A stretch of DNA of 64,000 nucleotides from Antedon mediterranea (Eukaryota > Animalia > Echinodermata), in the NCBI RefSeq assembly GCF_964355755.1, contig NC_092675.1:5761812-5825811 (forward strand), given 5' to 3'. Position numbers and translations under genes: made by a program. Each line of letters opens with the position of its first letter. Position 1 is the first letter of the stretch. Below are positions 36,916 through 50,400 of the stretch, piece by piece. The notes beneath the pieces were generated by a model that saw nothing but the letters and a program-made list of their open reading frames with translations, did not search any database and had not been told where the DNA came from.

Positions 36916-36974
36916 TTAGACGTTGCGTTTTCGCGGATAACCTAACTCGTCCGCAGTGACGAGTTCAAATCTAG
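36916..36974 (+). mobile_element. Orphan Helentron 3' terminus
   Basis: TTAGACGTTGCGTTTTCGCGGATAACCTAACTCGTCCGCAGTGACGAGTTCAAATCTAG with no body. Confidence 0.85.
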
Positions 36975-39900
36975 TTGGTTATCCGCACTTGGCGGATAAC
37001 CCCTTGTTATTGTCAGGATCTTTTTTTTTTTTTTTTTTTTTTTTCTATGTTATTCTTCTTTCTTTCCCCGAATTTTGTTCGCAGCACATCTCTATCTTGT
37101 GGCCAACATAAGATTGTATAACTTTGTCATAAGGTTGACCTATAGCTGTAGATGTGCAGCCAAGCTTTTGGACGATTTTGGAGTTGCGCAGCGTAAGTTA
37201 CGCGCGATTTTATGAATTTCAATGATTGATCATAGAATAAAAACTAAAAGTTGTTTTGTATTGAAACTTTGTGAAAATTTAAGTGAGATCATGCGCAAAC
37301 TTTCTATGGATTAAAAATGGCATGTTTCACAAAAAGTTACGCGCGCACGCGCGTTTGAAATTTCAAAATGCGAAAAATCAATTTCTAATCAACTTTCTAT
37401 GCGTTTCATGTCATTTTGAGCATTTCAAAAATTCCCACACGTGCGCAATTTTTTTACGCGCGCGTGCGCACGTAGCGCAAAAACATCTTTTTTTTGCTTG
37501 ATTTTTGTTTTTTCAGCCTTTTCTAGTACATTTACCAATTTTCAATCAATTTCGACTTAAAATCACGTCATACGAGCACGTAGAATTGAACAATTTGCGC
37601 GCGTTTTTGAAGAAAAAGTTCAAAAATTCGTCAAAATTATGCCTTTTTTAAAACAGTCATAGATTCTAAACTCCGAGGTGAAAATATTTAAAATTTCAGA
37701 TTCTGGAAGTAGATGAGTTGTTTTTCTCGAATCATGCATTGATATGGCTAACCAGACATTGTGACGTCATCGTATGGCCACCCGAATATAAAATATAGGA
37801 TTTTTTTCTCTTTCGTCATAGCTCGTCAATTTAATAGAGCGCATCTCTACTTATCCTTATTCCATTTCACTCAATTTTTTTATATTGTCTAGATCAATCA
37901 ATTACCTTTCGCATGATCCACCATTTTAAAAATTGTGATGACGTCATCATATTCAAATGCGTCAATAACTTTGGTCACTTATTTTCACCTATTCTGCACT
38001 GTATGTAGTACGTATACAGTATATAGTGTTATACCGTATATACTTAGACGCGACGCAACATAGAGAGCGCACTAACATTTTTCAATGCCATAATCGTTTT
38101 ATTTTTTTGCGCGCACTATTCTAACGTATGACGTGCACGTGGCTTTTGCACTGCGGATAACCTAACTCGTCCGTAGTGACGAGTTCAAATCTAGTTTTTT
38201 TTTTCTTTATTCTTCTTTCTTTCCACGAATTTTGTTCGCAGCGTATCTCTAATTCTAGCCAACATATGATTCTATATTCTTTGTTATAAGATTGGCCTGT
38301 AGATGTAGATGTGCATGACATTTTTTTTTTCGAATTTCGAGTCGCGCAGCGTAAGTTACGCGCGATTTTATGAATTTCAATGATTGATCTTTGAATAAAA
38401 ACTAAAAGTCATTTTGTATTGCGCGATTTTATGAATTTCAATGATTGATCTTTGAATAAAAACTAAAAGTCATTTTGTATTGAAACTTGGTGAAAATTTA
38501 AGTCATAATATTCTCCAACTTTCTATGGATTAAAAATTGCATGTTTGACAGAAAATTATGCGCGCCCGCGCGTTTAAAATTTCAAAATGCGTAAAATCAA
38601 TTTCTAATCAACTTTCTACGCGTTTCAGGTCATTTTGAGCATTTCAAAAATTCCCACGCGTGCGCAATTTTTTTACGCGCGCGTGCGCATTTAGCGCAAA
38701 AACATATTTTTTTTGCTTAATTTTTGTTTTTTCAGCCTTTTCTAGTAAATTTACCAATTTTCAATGGATTTTGACTTAAAATCACGTCATACGAGCACGT
38801 AGAATTGAACAATTTGCGCGCGTTTTTGATGAAAAGTTCAAAAATTTGTGAAAATTATGCCTTTTTTTAAAAAGTCATAGATTCTAAACTACGTGGTGAA
38901 CTTTTTTTAAATTACATATTGTGGAAGTAGATGAGTTGTAGATATCGAATCATGCATCAATATAGCTAACTGTACATTGTGACGTCATCGTATGGCCACT
39001 CAAATATAAAATATAGGATTTTTTTCTCTTTCGTATAGCTCATCACATTTAATAGAGCGCATCTCCACTTATCCGTATTCCATTGCCCTCCATTTCTTTA
39101 TATTGTCTAAGTCAATCAATTATCTTTCGCATGATTCATTAGTTTAAAAATTGTGATGACGTCATCATGTCCAAAAGCGTCAATAACTTTGGTCACTAAC
39201 TTTCACCTATTCTGCACTGTATGTAGTACGTATAGAGTATAATATAGTGTATACCGTATATACTTAGACGTGACGCAAAATAGAGAGAAAACTAAAATTG
39301 TTTCAATGGCATCATCGTTTATCTGCGCGCAATATTCTAACGTACGACGTGCACGTGGATTTTGCGCTGCGGATAACCTAACTCGTCCGTAGTGACGAGT
39401 TCAAATCTAGTTGGTTATCCGCTCTTGGCGGATAACCTCTTGTTATTGTCAGGATCTTTTTTTTTTTTTTCTATGTTATTCTTCTTTCTTTCCCAAAATT
39501 TTGTGTCACGTGTATCTCAAATTCTGATCAACATTACATCGTATAACTTTGTCAGAAGATTAACCTCTATGTGTAGAAGTGCAGGACAGCTCGTTTTTTT
39601 ACTTTAGAGTCGCGCAGCGTAAGCTACGCGCGATTTTATGAATTTCGCGTATTTAACATAGACTAAAAAGCAAAAGTCATTTTGTAATGACACTTGGTGA
39701 ACATTTAAGTCATATCAAGGGCAAACTTTCTATGGATTAAAAATGGCATGTTTGACATAAAGTTACGCGCGCACGCGCGTTTAAAATTTCAAATTGCGAA
39801 AAATTCATTTCTAATCAACTTTCTACGCGTTTCAGGTCATTTTGAGCATTTCAAAAATTCCCAGGCGTGCGCATATTTTTTACGCGCGCGTGCGCACGTA

Positions 39901-40620
39901 GTGCAAAAACGTCTTTTTTTTGCTTGATTTTTGTTTTTTCAGCCTTTTCTAGTACATTTACCAATTTTCAATCAATTTCGACTTAAAATCACGTCATACG
40001 AGCACGTAGAATTGAACAATTTGCGCGCGTTTTTGATGAAAAAGTTCAAAAATTTGTGAAAATTATGCCTTTTTTTAAAAAGTCATAGATTCTAAACTCC
40101 GAGGTGAAAATATTTAAAATTTCAGATTCTGGAAGTAGATGAGTTGTTTTTCTCGAATCATGCATTGATATGGCTAACCAGACATTGTGACGTCATCGTA
40201 TGGCCACCCGAATATAAAATATAGGATTTTTTTCTCTTTCGTCATAGCTCGTCAATTTAATAGAGCGCATCTCTACTTATCCTTATTCCATTTCACTCAA
40301 TTTTTTTATATTGTCTAGATCAATCAATTACCTTTCGCATGATCCACCATTTTAAAAATTGTGATGACGTCATCATGTTCAAATGCGTCAATAACTTTGG
40401 TCTCTTATTTTCACCTATTCTGCACTGTATGTAGTACGTATACAGTATATAGTGTTATACCGTATATACTTAGACGCGACGCAACATAGAGAGCGCACTA
40501 ACATTTTTCAATGCCATAATCGTTTTATTTTTTTGCGCGCACTATTCTAACGTATGACGTGCACGTGGCTTTTGCGCTGCGGATAACCTAACTCGTCCGT
40601 AGTGACGAGTTCAAATCTAG
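36975..40620 (+). mobile_element. Head-to-tail HINE units 36975-38194, 38195-39410 (headless) and 39411-40620
   Basis: Heads, tails and CTAG|TT junctions visible; ~1.2-kb units. Confidence 0.9.
38361..38482. repeat. ~61-bp local tandem duplication within a HINE body
   Basis: CGCGATTTTATGAATTTCAATGATTGATCTTTGAATAAAAACTAAAAGTCATTTTGTATTG twice. Confidence 0.9.
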
Positions 40621-43024
40621 TTAGGCTATCGCTCTCTGTAGAGCGATAGCCTATTGTTATTGTCAAAGATTTCATTTTTTCTGCTCATTTTTTGTGCGCA
40701 GCAGATCTCTAAATTGGCAATAGCTGTTATGTTGTAACTTGGCCAGCAGATGCACGTATATATGTAGTTGTGCAACAAACTTTGGTTTAATGAAAATATG
40801 GTCGCGTAGCGTAACTACGCGCGATTTTCTGAAATTCTTAGATTGACTATAACTTGAAAACCAATAGCTATTTTTAAATACCACTTGACACACGTATGCT
40901 TCATGTCAAGGGTCATCTTCCTGTATCATCAGCAACATTTTGAACATTGGTCAAATCGCGCGTACGCGCGCTTTGAAAGTTAAAAATGCTCAAAATCAAT
41001 TTCTAATCAACTTTCTACACGTTTCAGGACATTTTAAGCATTTCACATTTTTCAAAAAAAATTGCGTTGCGCGCGCGCTTTTGCGCACTTCGCTCGTACG
41101 CAGCCTAGAAAGCCCGTTTTTGCGCTTGATTATTGTTTTTCATAGTTTTATGATATATTTCTTTCATATTTGATGAATTATGAATGCAAAATAATGACAC
41201 ACGTGCACGTCAAACTTTAAAAATCGTGCGCTTGAAAATTGGTAATTTTATGCTAATTTGTGTAAAAATATGCCTATTTTGAATCGATTATAGCTCTCCA
41301 GGATGTCTGGTGACCCCCAATTTTTTTAACTTAATATGTAAGCAGATATGTTGTAGATATGAATTCATGCAAAATGTTTACCTCTGGGATGTTGTGACGT
41401 CATCGTATGGCCACACAAATGTAAAATATAGGGATTTTGTCTCTTTCGACACAGTTCGTGACATTCAATAGAGCGCATACCGCGTAAACGTTATCAATTT
41501 TCTTCCAGTTTTCAATATTCTATTACTAAAACAATTCCTCTTTAGACTTATGAACTTTTTTTTTTTATTTGAAAAGGTTATCATTTTCAAACAATTGAAT
41601 AAACGTGAGTGGTGTAAAATAAAAAATAACCGTCAACTAAACCGTTTACAATGCTAATACCGTCAACTGTTGACACTTATTAAACGATTTTGATGTATTC
41701 CAGCTGTTCGTTACAATCGTTGTAGTGCAGCCTATTGTAGACTAAGCATAATAAATAACATGTGCGTGTTACGATGCGTTGGGCGATAGCCTAACTCGTC
41801 AAAGTGACGAGTTCAAATCTAGTTAGGCTATCGCTCTCTGTAGAGCGATAGCCTATTGTTATTGTCACAAATTTCATTTTTTCTGCTCAATTTTTGTGCG
41901 CAGCAGATCTCAAAAACGGCGGTAGCAGTTATGTTGTAACTTGGCCAGCAGATGCACGTATATATGTAGTTGTGCAACAAACTTTGGTTTAATGAAAATA
42001 TGGTCGCGTAGCGTAACTACGCGCGATTTTCTGAAATTCTTAGATTGACTATAACTTGAAAACCAATAGCTATTTTTAAATACCACTTGACACACGTATG
42101 CTTCATGTCAAGGGTCATCTTCCTGTATCATCAGCAAAATTTTGAACATTGGTCAAATCGCGCGTACGCGCGCTTTGAAAGTTAAAAATGCTCAAAATCA
42201 ATTTCTAATCAACTTTCTACACGTTTCAGGACATTTTAAGCATTTCACATTTTTCAAAAAAATTTGCGTTGCGCGCGCGCTATTGCGCACTTCGCTCGTA
42301 CGCAGCCTAGAAAGCCCGTTTTTGCGCTTGATTATTGTTTTTCATAGTTTTATGATATATTTCTTTCATATTTGATGAATTATGAATTGAAATTAATGAC
42401 ACACGTGCACGTCAAACTTTAAAAATCGTGCGCTTGAAAATTGGTAATTTTATGCAAATTTGTGTAAAAATATGCCTATTTTGAATCGATTATAGCTCTC
42501 CAGGATGTCTGGTGACCCCCAATTTTTTTAACCTAATATGTAAGCAGATATATTGTAGATATGAATTCATGCAAAATGTTTACCTCTGGGCTGTTGTGAC
42601 GTCATCGTATGGCCACACAAATGTCAAATATAGGGATTTTGTCTCTTTCGACACAGTTCGTCACATTCAATAGAGCGCATACCGCGTAAACGTTATCAAT
42701 TTTCTTCCAATTTTCAATATTTTATTACTAAAATAATTCCTTTTTAGACTTATGAACTTTTTTTTTTAATTTGAAGAGGTCATCATTTTCAAACAATTGA
42801 ATAAACGTGAGTGGTGTAAAATAAAAAATAACCGTCAACTAAACCGTTTACAATGCTAATACCGTCAACTGTTGACACTTATTAAACGATTTTGATGTAT
42901 TCCAGCTGTTCTTTACAATCGTTGTAGTGCAGCCTATTGTAGACTAAGCATAATAAATAACATGTGCGTGTTACGATGCGTTGGGCGATAGCCTAACTCG
43001 TCAACGTGACGAGTTCAAATCTAG
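40621..43024 (+). mobile_element. Two tandem HINEs of the divergent AGGCTATCGC type (40621-41822, 41823-43024)
   Basis: Head TTAGGCTATCGCTCTCTGTAGAGCGATAGCCTA; tail GCGATAGCCTAACTCGTCAA(A/C)GTGACGAGTTCAAATCTAG; both 1202 bp, similar but not identical. Confidence 0.9.
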
Positions 43025-44348
43025 TTGGTTATCCGCACTTGGCGGATAACCTCTTGTTATTGTCAGGATCTTTTTTTTTTTTTTTTTTTTTTTTTTTCTA
43101 TGTTATTCTTCTTTCTTTCCCTGAATTTTGTTGGCAGCGTATCTCTAATTCTGGCAAACAGAAGATTGTGTAACTTTTTCATAAGATTGACCTGTAGCTG
43201 TAGATGTGCAGGACGTTTCGTTTTTTGACTTTAGAGTCGCGCAGCGTAAGTTACGCGCGATTTTGTGAATTTTGCGTATTTAACATAGATTGAAAACCAA
43301 AAAGCAATTTTAATTGAAACTTGGCAAAAGTCTAATTTATATCATGCGCTAACTTTCTATGGATTTAAAATGGCACTTTTCCAAAAAGTTACGCGCGCAC
43401 GCGGGTTTAAAATTTCAAAATGCGAAAAATCAATATCTAATCAACTTTCTACGCGTTTCATGTCATTTTAAGCATTTCAAAAATTCCCACGCGTGCGCAA
43501 TTTTTTTACGCGCACGTGCGCACGTAGCGCAAAAACATCATTTTTTTGCTTGATTTTTGTTTTTCATGTCTTTTTTAGAAAATTTACCAACTTTCAAACA
43601 ATTTCGACTAAAAATCACGTCATACGAGCACGTAGAATTAAACAATTTACGCGCATTTTTGATGAAAAAGTTCAAAAATTAGTCAAAATTATGCCTTTTT
43701 TTAAACAGTCATAAATTCTAAACTACGTGGTGAACTTTTTTATAATTACATATTCTGGTAGTAGATGAGTTGCAGATATCAAATCATGCATCAATATGGC
43801 TAACCGGACAATGTGACGTCATCATATGGCCACTCGAATATAAAATATAGGATTTTTTTCTCTTTCCTCGTAGCTCGTCACATTTAATATAGCGCATCTC
43901 CACTTATTTGTATTCCATTTCCCCCCATTTTTTTTATGTTGTCTAGGTCTATCAATTATCTTTCGCACGATTCACCATTTTAAAAATTGTGATGACGTCA
44001 TCATGTTCAAAAGCGTCAATAACTTTGGTCACTTATTTTCACCTATTCTGCACTGTATGTAGTACGTATACAGTATATAGTGTATACCGTATATACTCAG
44101 ACGTGACGAAAAATAAAGAGCACGCTGAAATTGTTTCAATTACTTAATCGTTTTTCTGCGCGCAATGTTTTAACGTATGACGTGCACGTGGCCTTTGCGC
44201 TGCGGATAACCTAACTCGTCCGTAGTGACGAGTTCAAATCTAGTTGGTTATCCGCACTTGGCGGATAACCCCTTGTTATTGTCAGGATCTTTTTTTTTTT
44301 CTTTTTGGTTATCCGCACTTGGCGGATAACCCCTTGTTATTGTCAGGA

Positions 44349-44381
<33 letters not shown>

Positions 44382-47300
44382 CTATGTTATTCTTCTTTCT
44401 TTCCCCGAATTTTGTTCGCAGCACATCTCTATCTTGTGGCCAACATAAGATTGTATAACTTTGTCATAAGGTTGACCTATAGCTGTAGATGTGCAGCCAA
44501 GCTTTTGGACGATTTTGGAGTTGCGCAGCGTAAGTTACGCGCGATTTTATGAATTTCAATGATTGATCATAGAATAAAAACTAAAAGTTGTTTTGTATTG
44601 AAACTTTGTGAAAATTTAAGTGAGATCATGCGCAAACTTTCTATGGATTAAAAATGGCATGTTTCACAAAAAGTTACGCGCGCACGCGCGTTTGAAATTT
44701 CAAAATGCGAAAAATCAATTTCTAATCAACTTTCTATGCGTTTCATGTCATTTTGAGCATTTCAAAAATTCCCACACGTGCGCAATTTTTTTACGCGCGC
44801 GTGCGCACGTAGCGCAAAAACATCTTTTTTTTGCTTGATTTTTGTTTTTTCAGCCTTTTCTAGTACATTTACCAATTTTCAATCAATTTCGACTTAAAAT
44901 CACGTCATACGAGCACGTAGAATTGAACAATTTGCGCGCGTTTTTGAAGAAAAAGTTCAAAAATTCGTCAAAATTATGCCTTTTTTAAAACAGTCATAGA
45001 TTCTAAACTCCGAGGTGAAAATATTTAAAATTTCAGATTCTGGAAGTAGATGAGTTGTTTTTCTCGAATCATGCATTGATATGGCTAACCAGACATTGTG
45101 ACGTCATCGTATGGCCACCCGAATATAAAATATAGGATTTTTTTCTCTTTCGTCATAGCTCGTCAATTTAATAGAGCGCATCTCTACTTATCCTTATTCC
45201 ATTTCACTCAATTTTTTTATATTGTCTAGATCAATCAATTACCTTTCGCATGATCCACCATTTTAAAAATTGTGATGACGTCATCATATTCAAATGCGTC
45301 AATAACTTTGGTCACTTATTTTCACCTATTCTGCACTGTATGTAGTACGTATACAGTATATAGTGTTATACCGTATATACTTAGACGCGACGCAACATAG
45401 AGAGCGCACTAACATTTTTCAATGCCATAATCGTTTTATTTTTTTGCGCGCACTATTCTAACGTATGACGTGCACGTGGCTTTTGCACTGCGGATAACCT
45501 AACTCGTCCGTAGTGACGAGTTCAAATCTAGTTGGTTATCCGCACTTGGCGGATAACCCCTTGTTATTGTCAGGATCTTTTTTTTTTTTTTTTTTTTTTT
45601 TTTTTCTATGTTATTCTTCTTTCTTTCCCCGAATTTTGTTCGCAGCACATCTCTATCTTGTGGCCAACATAAGATTGTATAACTTTGTCATAAGGTTGAC
45701 CTATAGCTGTAGATGTGCAGCCAAGCTTTTGGACGATTTTGGAGTTGCGCAGCGTAAGTTACGCGCAATTTCATGAATTTCAATGATTGATCATAGAATA
45801 AAAACTAAAAGTTGTTTTGTATTGAAACTTTGTGAAAATTTAAGTGAGATCATGCGCAAACTTTCTATGGATTAAAAATGGCATGTTTCATAAAAAGTTA
45901 CGCGCGCACGCGCGTTTGAAATTTCAAAATGCGAAAAATCAATTTCTAATCAACTTTCTATGCGTTTCATGTCATTTTGAGCATTTCAAAAATTCCCACG
46001 CGTGCGCAATTTTTTTACGCGCGCGTGCGCACGTAGCGCAAAAACATCTTTTTTTTGCTTGATTTTTGTTTTTTCAGCCTTTTCTAGTATATTTATGAAT
46101 TTTCAATCAATTTCGACTCAAAATCACGTCACACGAGCACGTAGAATTGGATAATTTGCGTGTGTTTTTGATGAAAAACTTCAAAAAATCGTCAAAATTA
46201 GACCTTTTTTTAAACAGTCATAAATTCTAAACTACGTGGTGAACATTTTTAAAATTACATATTCTGGAAGTAGATGAGTTGTTTTTCTCGAATCATGCAT
46301 TGATATGGCTAACCGGACATTGTGACATCATCGTATGGCCACCCGAATATAAAATATAGGATTTTTTTCTCTTTCATCATAGCTCGTCAAATTTAATAGA
46401 GCGCATCTCCACTTATCCGTATTCCATTTCACTCAATTTTTTTATATTGTCTAGATCAATCAATTATCTTTCGCATGATTCACCATTTTTAAAATTGTGA
46501 TGACGTCATCATGTTCAAATGCGTCAATAACTTTGGTCACTTATTTTCACCTATTCTGCACTGTATGTAGTACGTATACAGTATATAGTGTATACCGTAC
46601 ACACTTAGACGCGACACAAAATAGAGGGCTCACTAACATTTTTTCAATGGCATAATCGTTTTTCTGCGCGCAATATTCTAACTTAGGTGTCATGCGCGTG
46701 GGTTTTGCGATGCGGATAACCTAACTCGTCCGTAGTGACGAGTTCAAATCTAGTTGGTTATCCGCACTTGGCGGATAACCCCTTGTTATTGTCAGGATCT
46801 TTTTTTTATTTTTCTTTTTCTCTTTTTTTTTCTATTTTCTTCTTTCTTTCCACAAATTTTGTTGCTAGTGTATCTCTAAATCTTCTTAACATAACATTGT
46901 ATAACTTTATCAGAAGATTGACCTCTATCTGAAGATGTCGTAATAAGGTTTTCAGTCGTGTCCGAGTTGCGCAGCGTAAGTTACGCGCGATTTTATGAAT
47001 TTCAATGATTGATCATAGAATAAAACCTAAAAGTTTGTTTGTATTGAAACTTGGTGAAAATTTAAGTCATATAATGCGCAAACTTTCTATGGATTAAAAA
47101 TTGCATGCTTCACAAAAAGTTACGCGCGCACGCGCGTTTGAAATTTCAAAATGCGAAAAATCAATTTCTAATCAACTTTCTACGCGTTTCATGTCATTTT
47201 GAGCATTTCAAAAATTCCCACGCGTGCGCAATTTTTTTACGCGCGCGTGCGCACGTAGCGCAAAAACATCATTTTTTTGCTTGATTTTTGTTTTTCCTGT

Positions 47301-50300
47301 CTTTTTTAGTAAATTTACCAACTTTCAAACAATTTCAACTTAAAATCACGTCATACGAGCACGTAGAATTAAACAATTTACGCGCATTTTTTATGAAAAA
47401 GTTCAAAAATTTGTCAAAATTATGCCTTTTTTTAAACAGTCATAGATTCTAAACTACGTGGTGAACTTTTTTAAAATTACATATTCTGAATGTAGATGAG
47501 TTGTAGATATCGAATCATGCATCGATTTGGCTAACCGGACATTGTGACGTCATCGTATGGCCACACGAATATCAAATATAGGATTTTTGTCTCTTTCGTC
47601 ATTGCTCATCACATTTAATAGAGCGCATCTCCACTTATCCGTATTCCATTTTCCCCCATTTTTATATATTGTCTAGGTCAATCAATTATCTTTCGATTGA
47701 TTTACCATTTTTAAAATTGTTATGACGTCATCATGTCCAAAAGCGTCAATAACTTTGGTCACTTATTTTCACCTATTCTACACTGTATGTAGTACGTATA
47801 CAGTATAATAGTGTATACCGTATATACTTAAACGTGACACAAAATAGAGGGCGCACTAACATTTTTTTCAGTGGCATAATCGTTTTTCTGCACGCAATAT
47901 TCTAACGTATGACGTGCACGTGGCTTTTGCGCTGCGGATAACCTAACTCGTCCGTAGTGACGAGTTCAAATCTAGTTGGTTATCCGCACTTGGCGGATAA
48001 CCTCTTGTTATTGTCAGGATCTTTTTTTTTTTTTTCTTCTATCTTATTCTTCTTTCTTTCCCAGAATTTTGTCCACAGCGTATCTCTATCTTCTGGCCCA
48101 CATAAGATTGTATAACTTTGTCATAAGATTGACCTATAGCTGTAGATGTGCAGCCAAGCTTTTGGACGATTACGGAGTAGCGCAGCGTAAGTTACGCGCG
48201 ATTTTATGAATTTCAATGATTGATCATAGATTAAAAACCAAAAGTCATTTTGCATTGAAACTTAGTGAAAATTTAAGTCATATCATGCGCAAACTTTCTA
48301 TGGATTAAAAATGGCATGTTTCATAAAAAGTTACGCGCGCACGAGCGTTTAAAATTTCAAAATGCGTAAAATCAATTTCTAATCAACTTTCTACGCGTTT
48401 CAGGTCAGTTTGAGCATTTCAAAAATTCCCACGCGTGCGCAGTTTTTTTACGCGCGCGTGCGCACTTAGCGCAAAAACATCTTTTTTTTGCTTGATTTTT
48501 GTTTTCTCAGCTTTTTCTAGTAAATTTACCAATTTTCAATCAATTTCGACTTAAAATCACGTCATACGAGCACGTAGAATTGAACAATTTGCGCGCGTTT
48601 TTGATGAAAAAGGTAAAAAATTCGTCAAAATTATGCCTTTTTTAAAACAGTCATAGATTGTAAACTACGTGGTGAACTTTTTTAAAATTACATATTCTTG
48701 AAGATAATTAATTGTAGATTTCGAATCATGCATCGATATGGCTAACCGGACCTTATGACGTCATCGTATGGCCACTCGAATATAAAATATAGGATTTTTG
48801 TCTCTTTCGCATAGCTCATCACATTTAATAGAGCGCATCTCCACTTATCCGTATTCCATTGCCCTCCATTTTTTTATATTGTCTAGGCCAATCAATTATC
48901 TTTAGCATAATCTACCATTTTTTAAATTGTGATGACGTCATCATGTCCAAAAGCGTCAATAACTTGGGTCCCTTATTTTCACCTATTCTGCTCTGTATGT
49001 AGTACGTATACAGTATATAGTGTATACCGTATATACTTTGACGTGACACAAAATAGAGAGCGCAATAACATTTTTTCAATGGCATAATCGTTTTTTTGCG
49101 CGCAATATTCTAACGTACGACGTGCACGTGGCGTTTGCGCTGCGGATAACCTAACTCGTCCGAAGTGACGAGTTCAAGTCTAGTTGGTTATCCGCACTTG
49201 GCGGATAACCCCTTGTTATTGTCAGGATCTTTTTTTTTTTTTTTTTTTTTTTTCTATGTTATTCTTCTTTCTTTCCCCGAATTTTGTTCGCAGCACATCT
49301 CTATCTTGTGGCCAACATAAGATTGTATAACTTTGTCATAAGGTTGAGCTATAGCTGTAGATGTGCAGCCAAGCTTTTGGACGATTTTGGAGTTGCGCAG
49401 CGTAAGTTACGCGCGATTTCATGAATTTCAATGATTGATCATAGAATAAAAACTAAAAGTTGTTTTGTATTGAAACTTTGTGAAAATTTAAGTGAGATCA
49501 TGCGCAAACTTTCTATGGATTAAAAATGGCATGTTTCACAAAAAGTTACGCGCGCACGCGCGTTTGAAATTTCAAAATGCGAAAAATCAATTTCTAATCA
49601 ACTTTCTATGCGTTTCATGTCATTTTGAGCATTTCAAAAATTCCCACGCGTGCGCAATTTTTTTACGCGCGCGTGCGCACGTAGCGCAAAAACATCTTTT
49701 TTTTGCTTGATTTTTGTTTTTTCAGCCTTTTCTAGTAAATTTATGAATTTTCAATCAATTTCGACTTAAAATCACGTCACACGAGCACGTAGAATTGGAT
49801 AATTTGCGCGTGTTTTTGATGAAAAACTTCAAAAAATCGTCAAAATTAGACCTTTTTTTAAACAGTCATAAATTCTAAACTACGTGGTGAACTTTTTTAA
49901 AATTACATATTCTGGAAGTAGATGAGTTGTTTTTCTCGAATCATGCATTGATATGGCTAACCGGACATTGTGACATCATCGTATGGCCACCCGAATATAA
50001 AATATAGGATTTTTTCTCTTTCGTCATAGCTCGTCAAATTTAATAGAGCGCATCTCCACTTATCCGTATTCCATTTCACTCAATTTTTTTATATTGTCTA
50101 GATCAATCAATTATCTTTCGCATGATTTACCATTTTTAAAATTGTGATGACGTCATCATGTTCAAATGCGTCAATAACTTTGGTCACTTATTTTCACCTA
50201 TTCTGCACTGTATGTAGTACGTATACAGTATATAGTGTATACCGTACACACTTAGACGCGACACAAAATAGAGGGCTCACTAACATTTTTTCAATGGCAA

Positions 50301-50400
50301 TATCGTTTTTCTGCGCGCAATATTCTAACTTAGGTGTCATGCGCGTGGGTTTTGCGATGCGGATAACCTAACTCGTCCGTAGTGACGAGTTCAAATCTAG
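43025..50400 (+). mobile_element. Head-to-tail HINE units 43025-44243, orphan head 44244-44304, 44305-45531, 45532-46753, 46754-47975, 47976-49183, 49184-50400
   Basis: Every junction reads TCTAG|TTGGTTATCCGC. Confidence 0.92.

Larger units (their letters stand above)
13507..36974 (+). mobile_element. Autonomous Helentron/Helitron2 copy 1 (boundaries inferred; left head could be 13582; right end split by HINE insertions 33404-36915)
   Basis: HINE-like left end grades into sequence shared with copy 2 and contains the Rep-Hel-EN ORF. An orphan 59-bp tail at 36916-36974 joins plausibly to 33403. Confidence 0.6.

Noticed and set aside
33404-50400. CRISPR-like or integron-like array (palindromic repeats at regular spacing)
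   Set aside because: The intervening ~1.2-kb segments are homologous to each other, there are no cas or integrase genes, and the context is eukaryotic. These are transposon units; the cassette analogy is only architectural.
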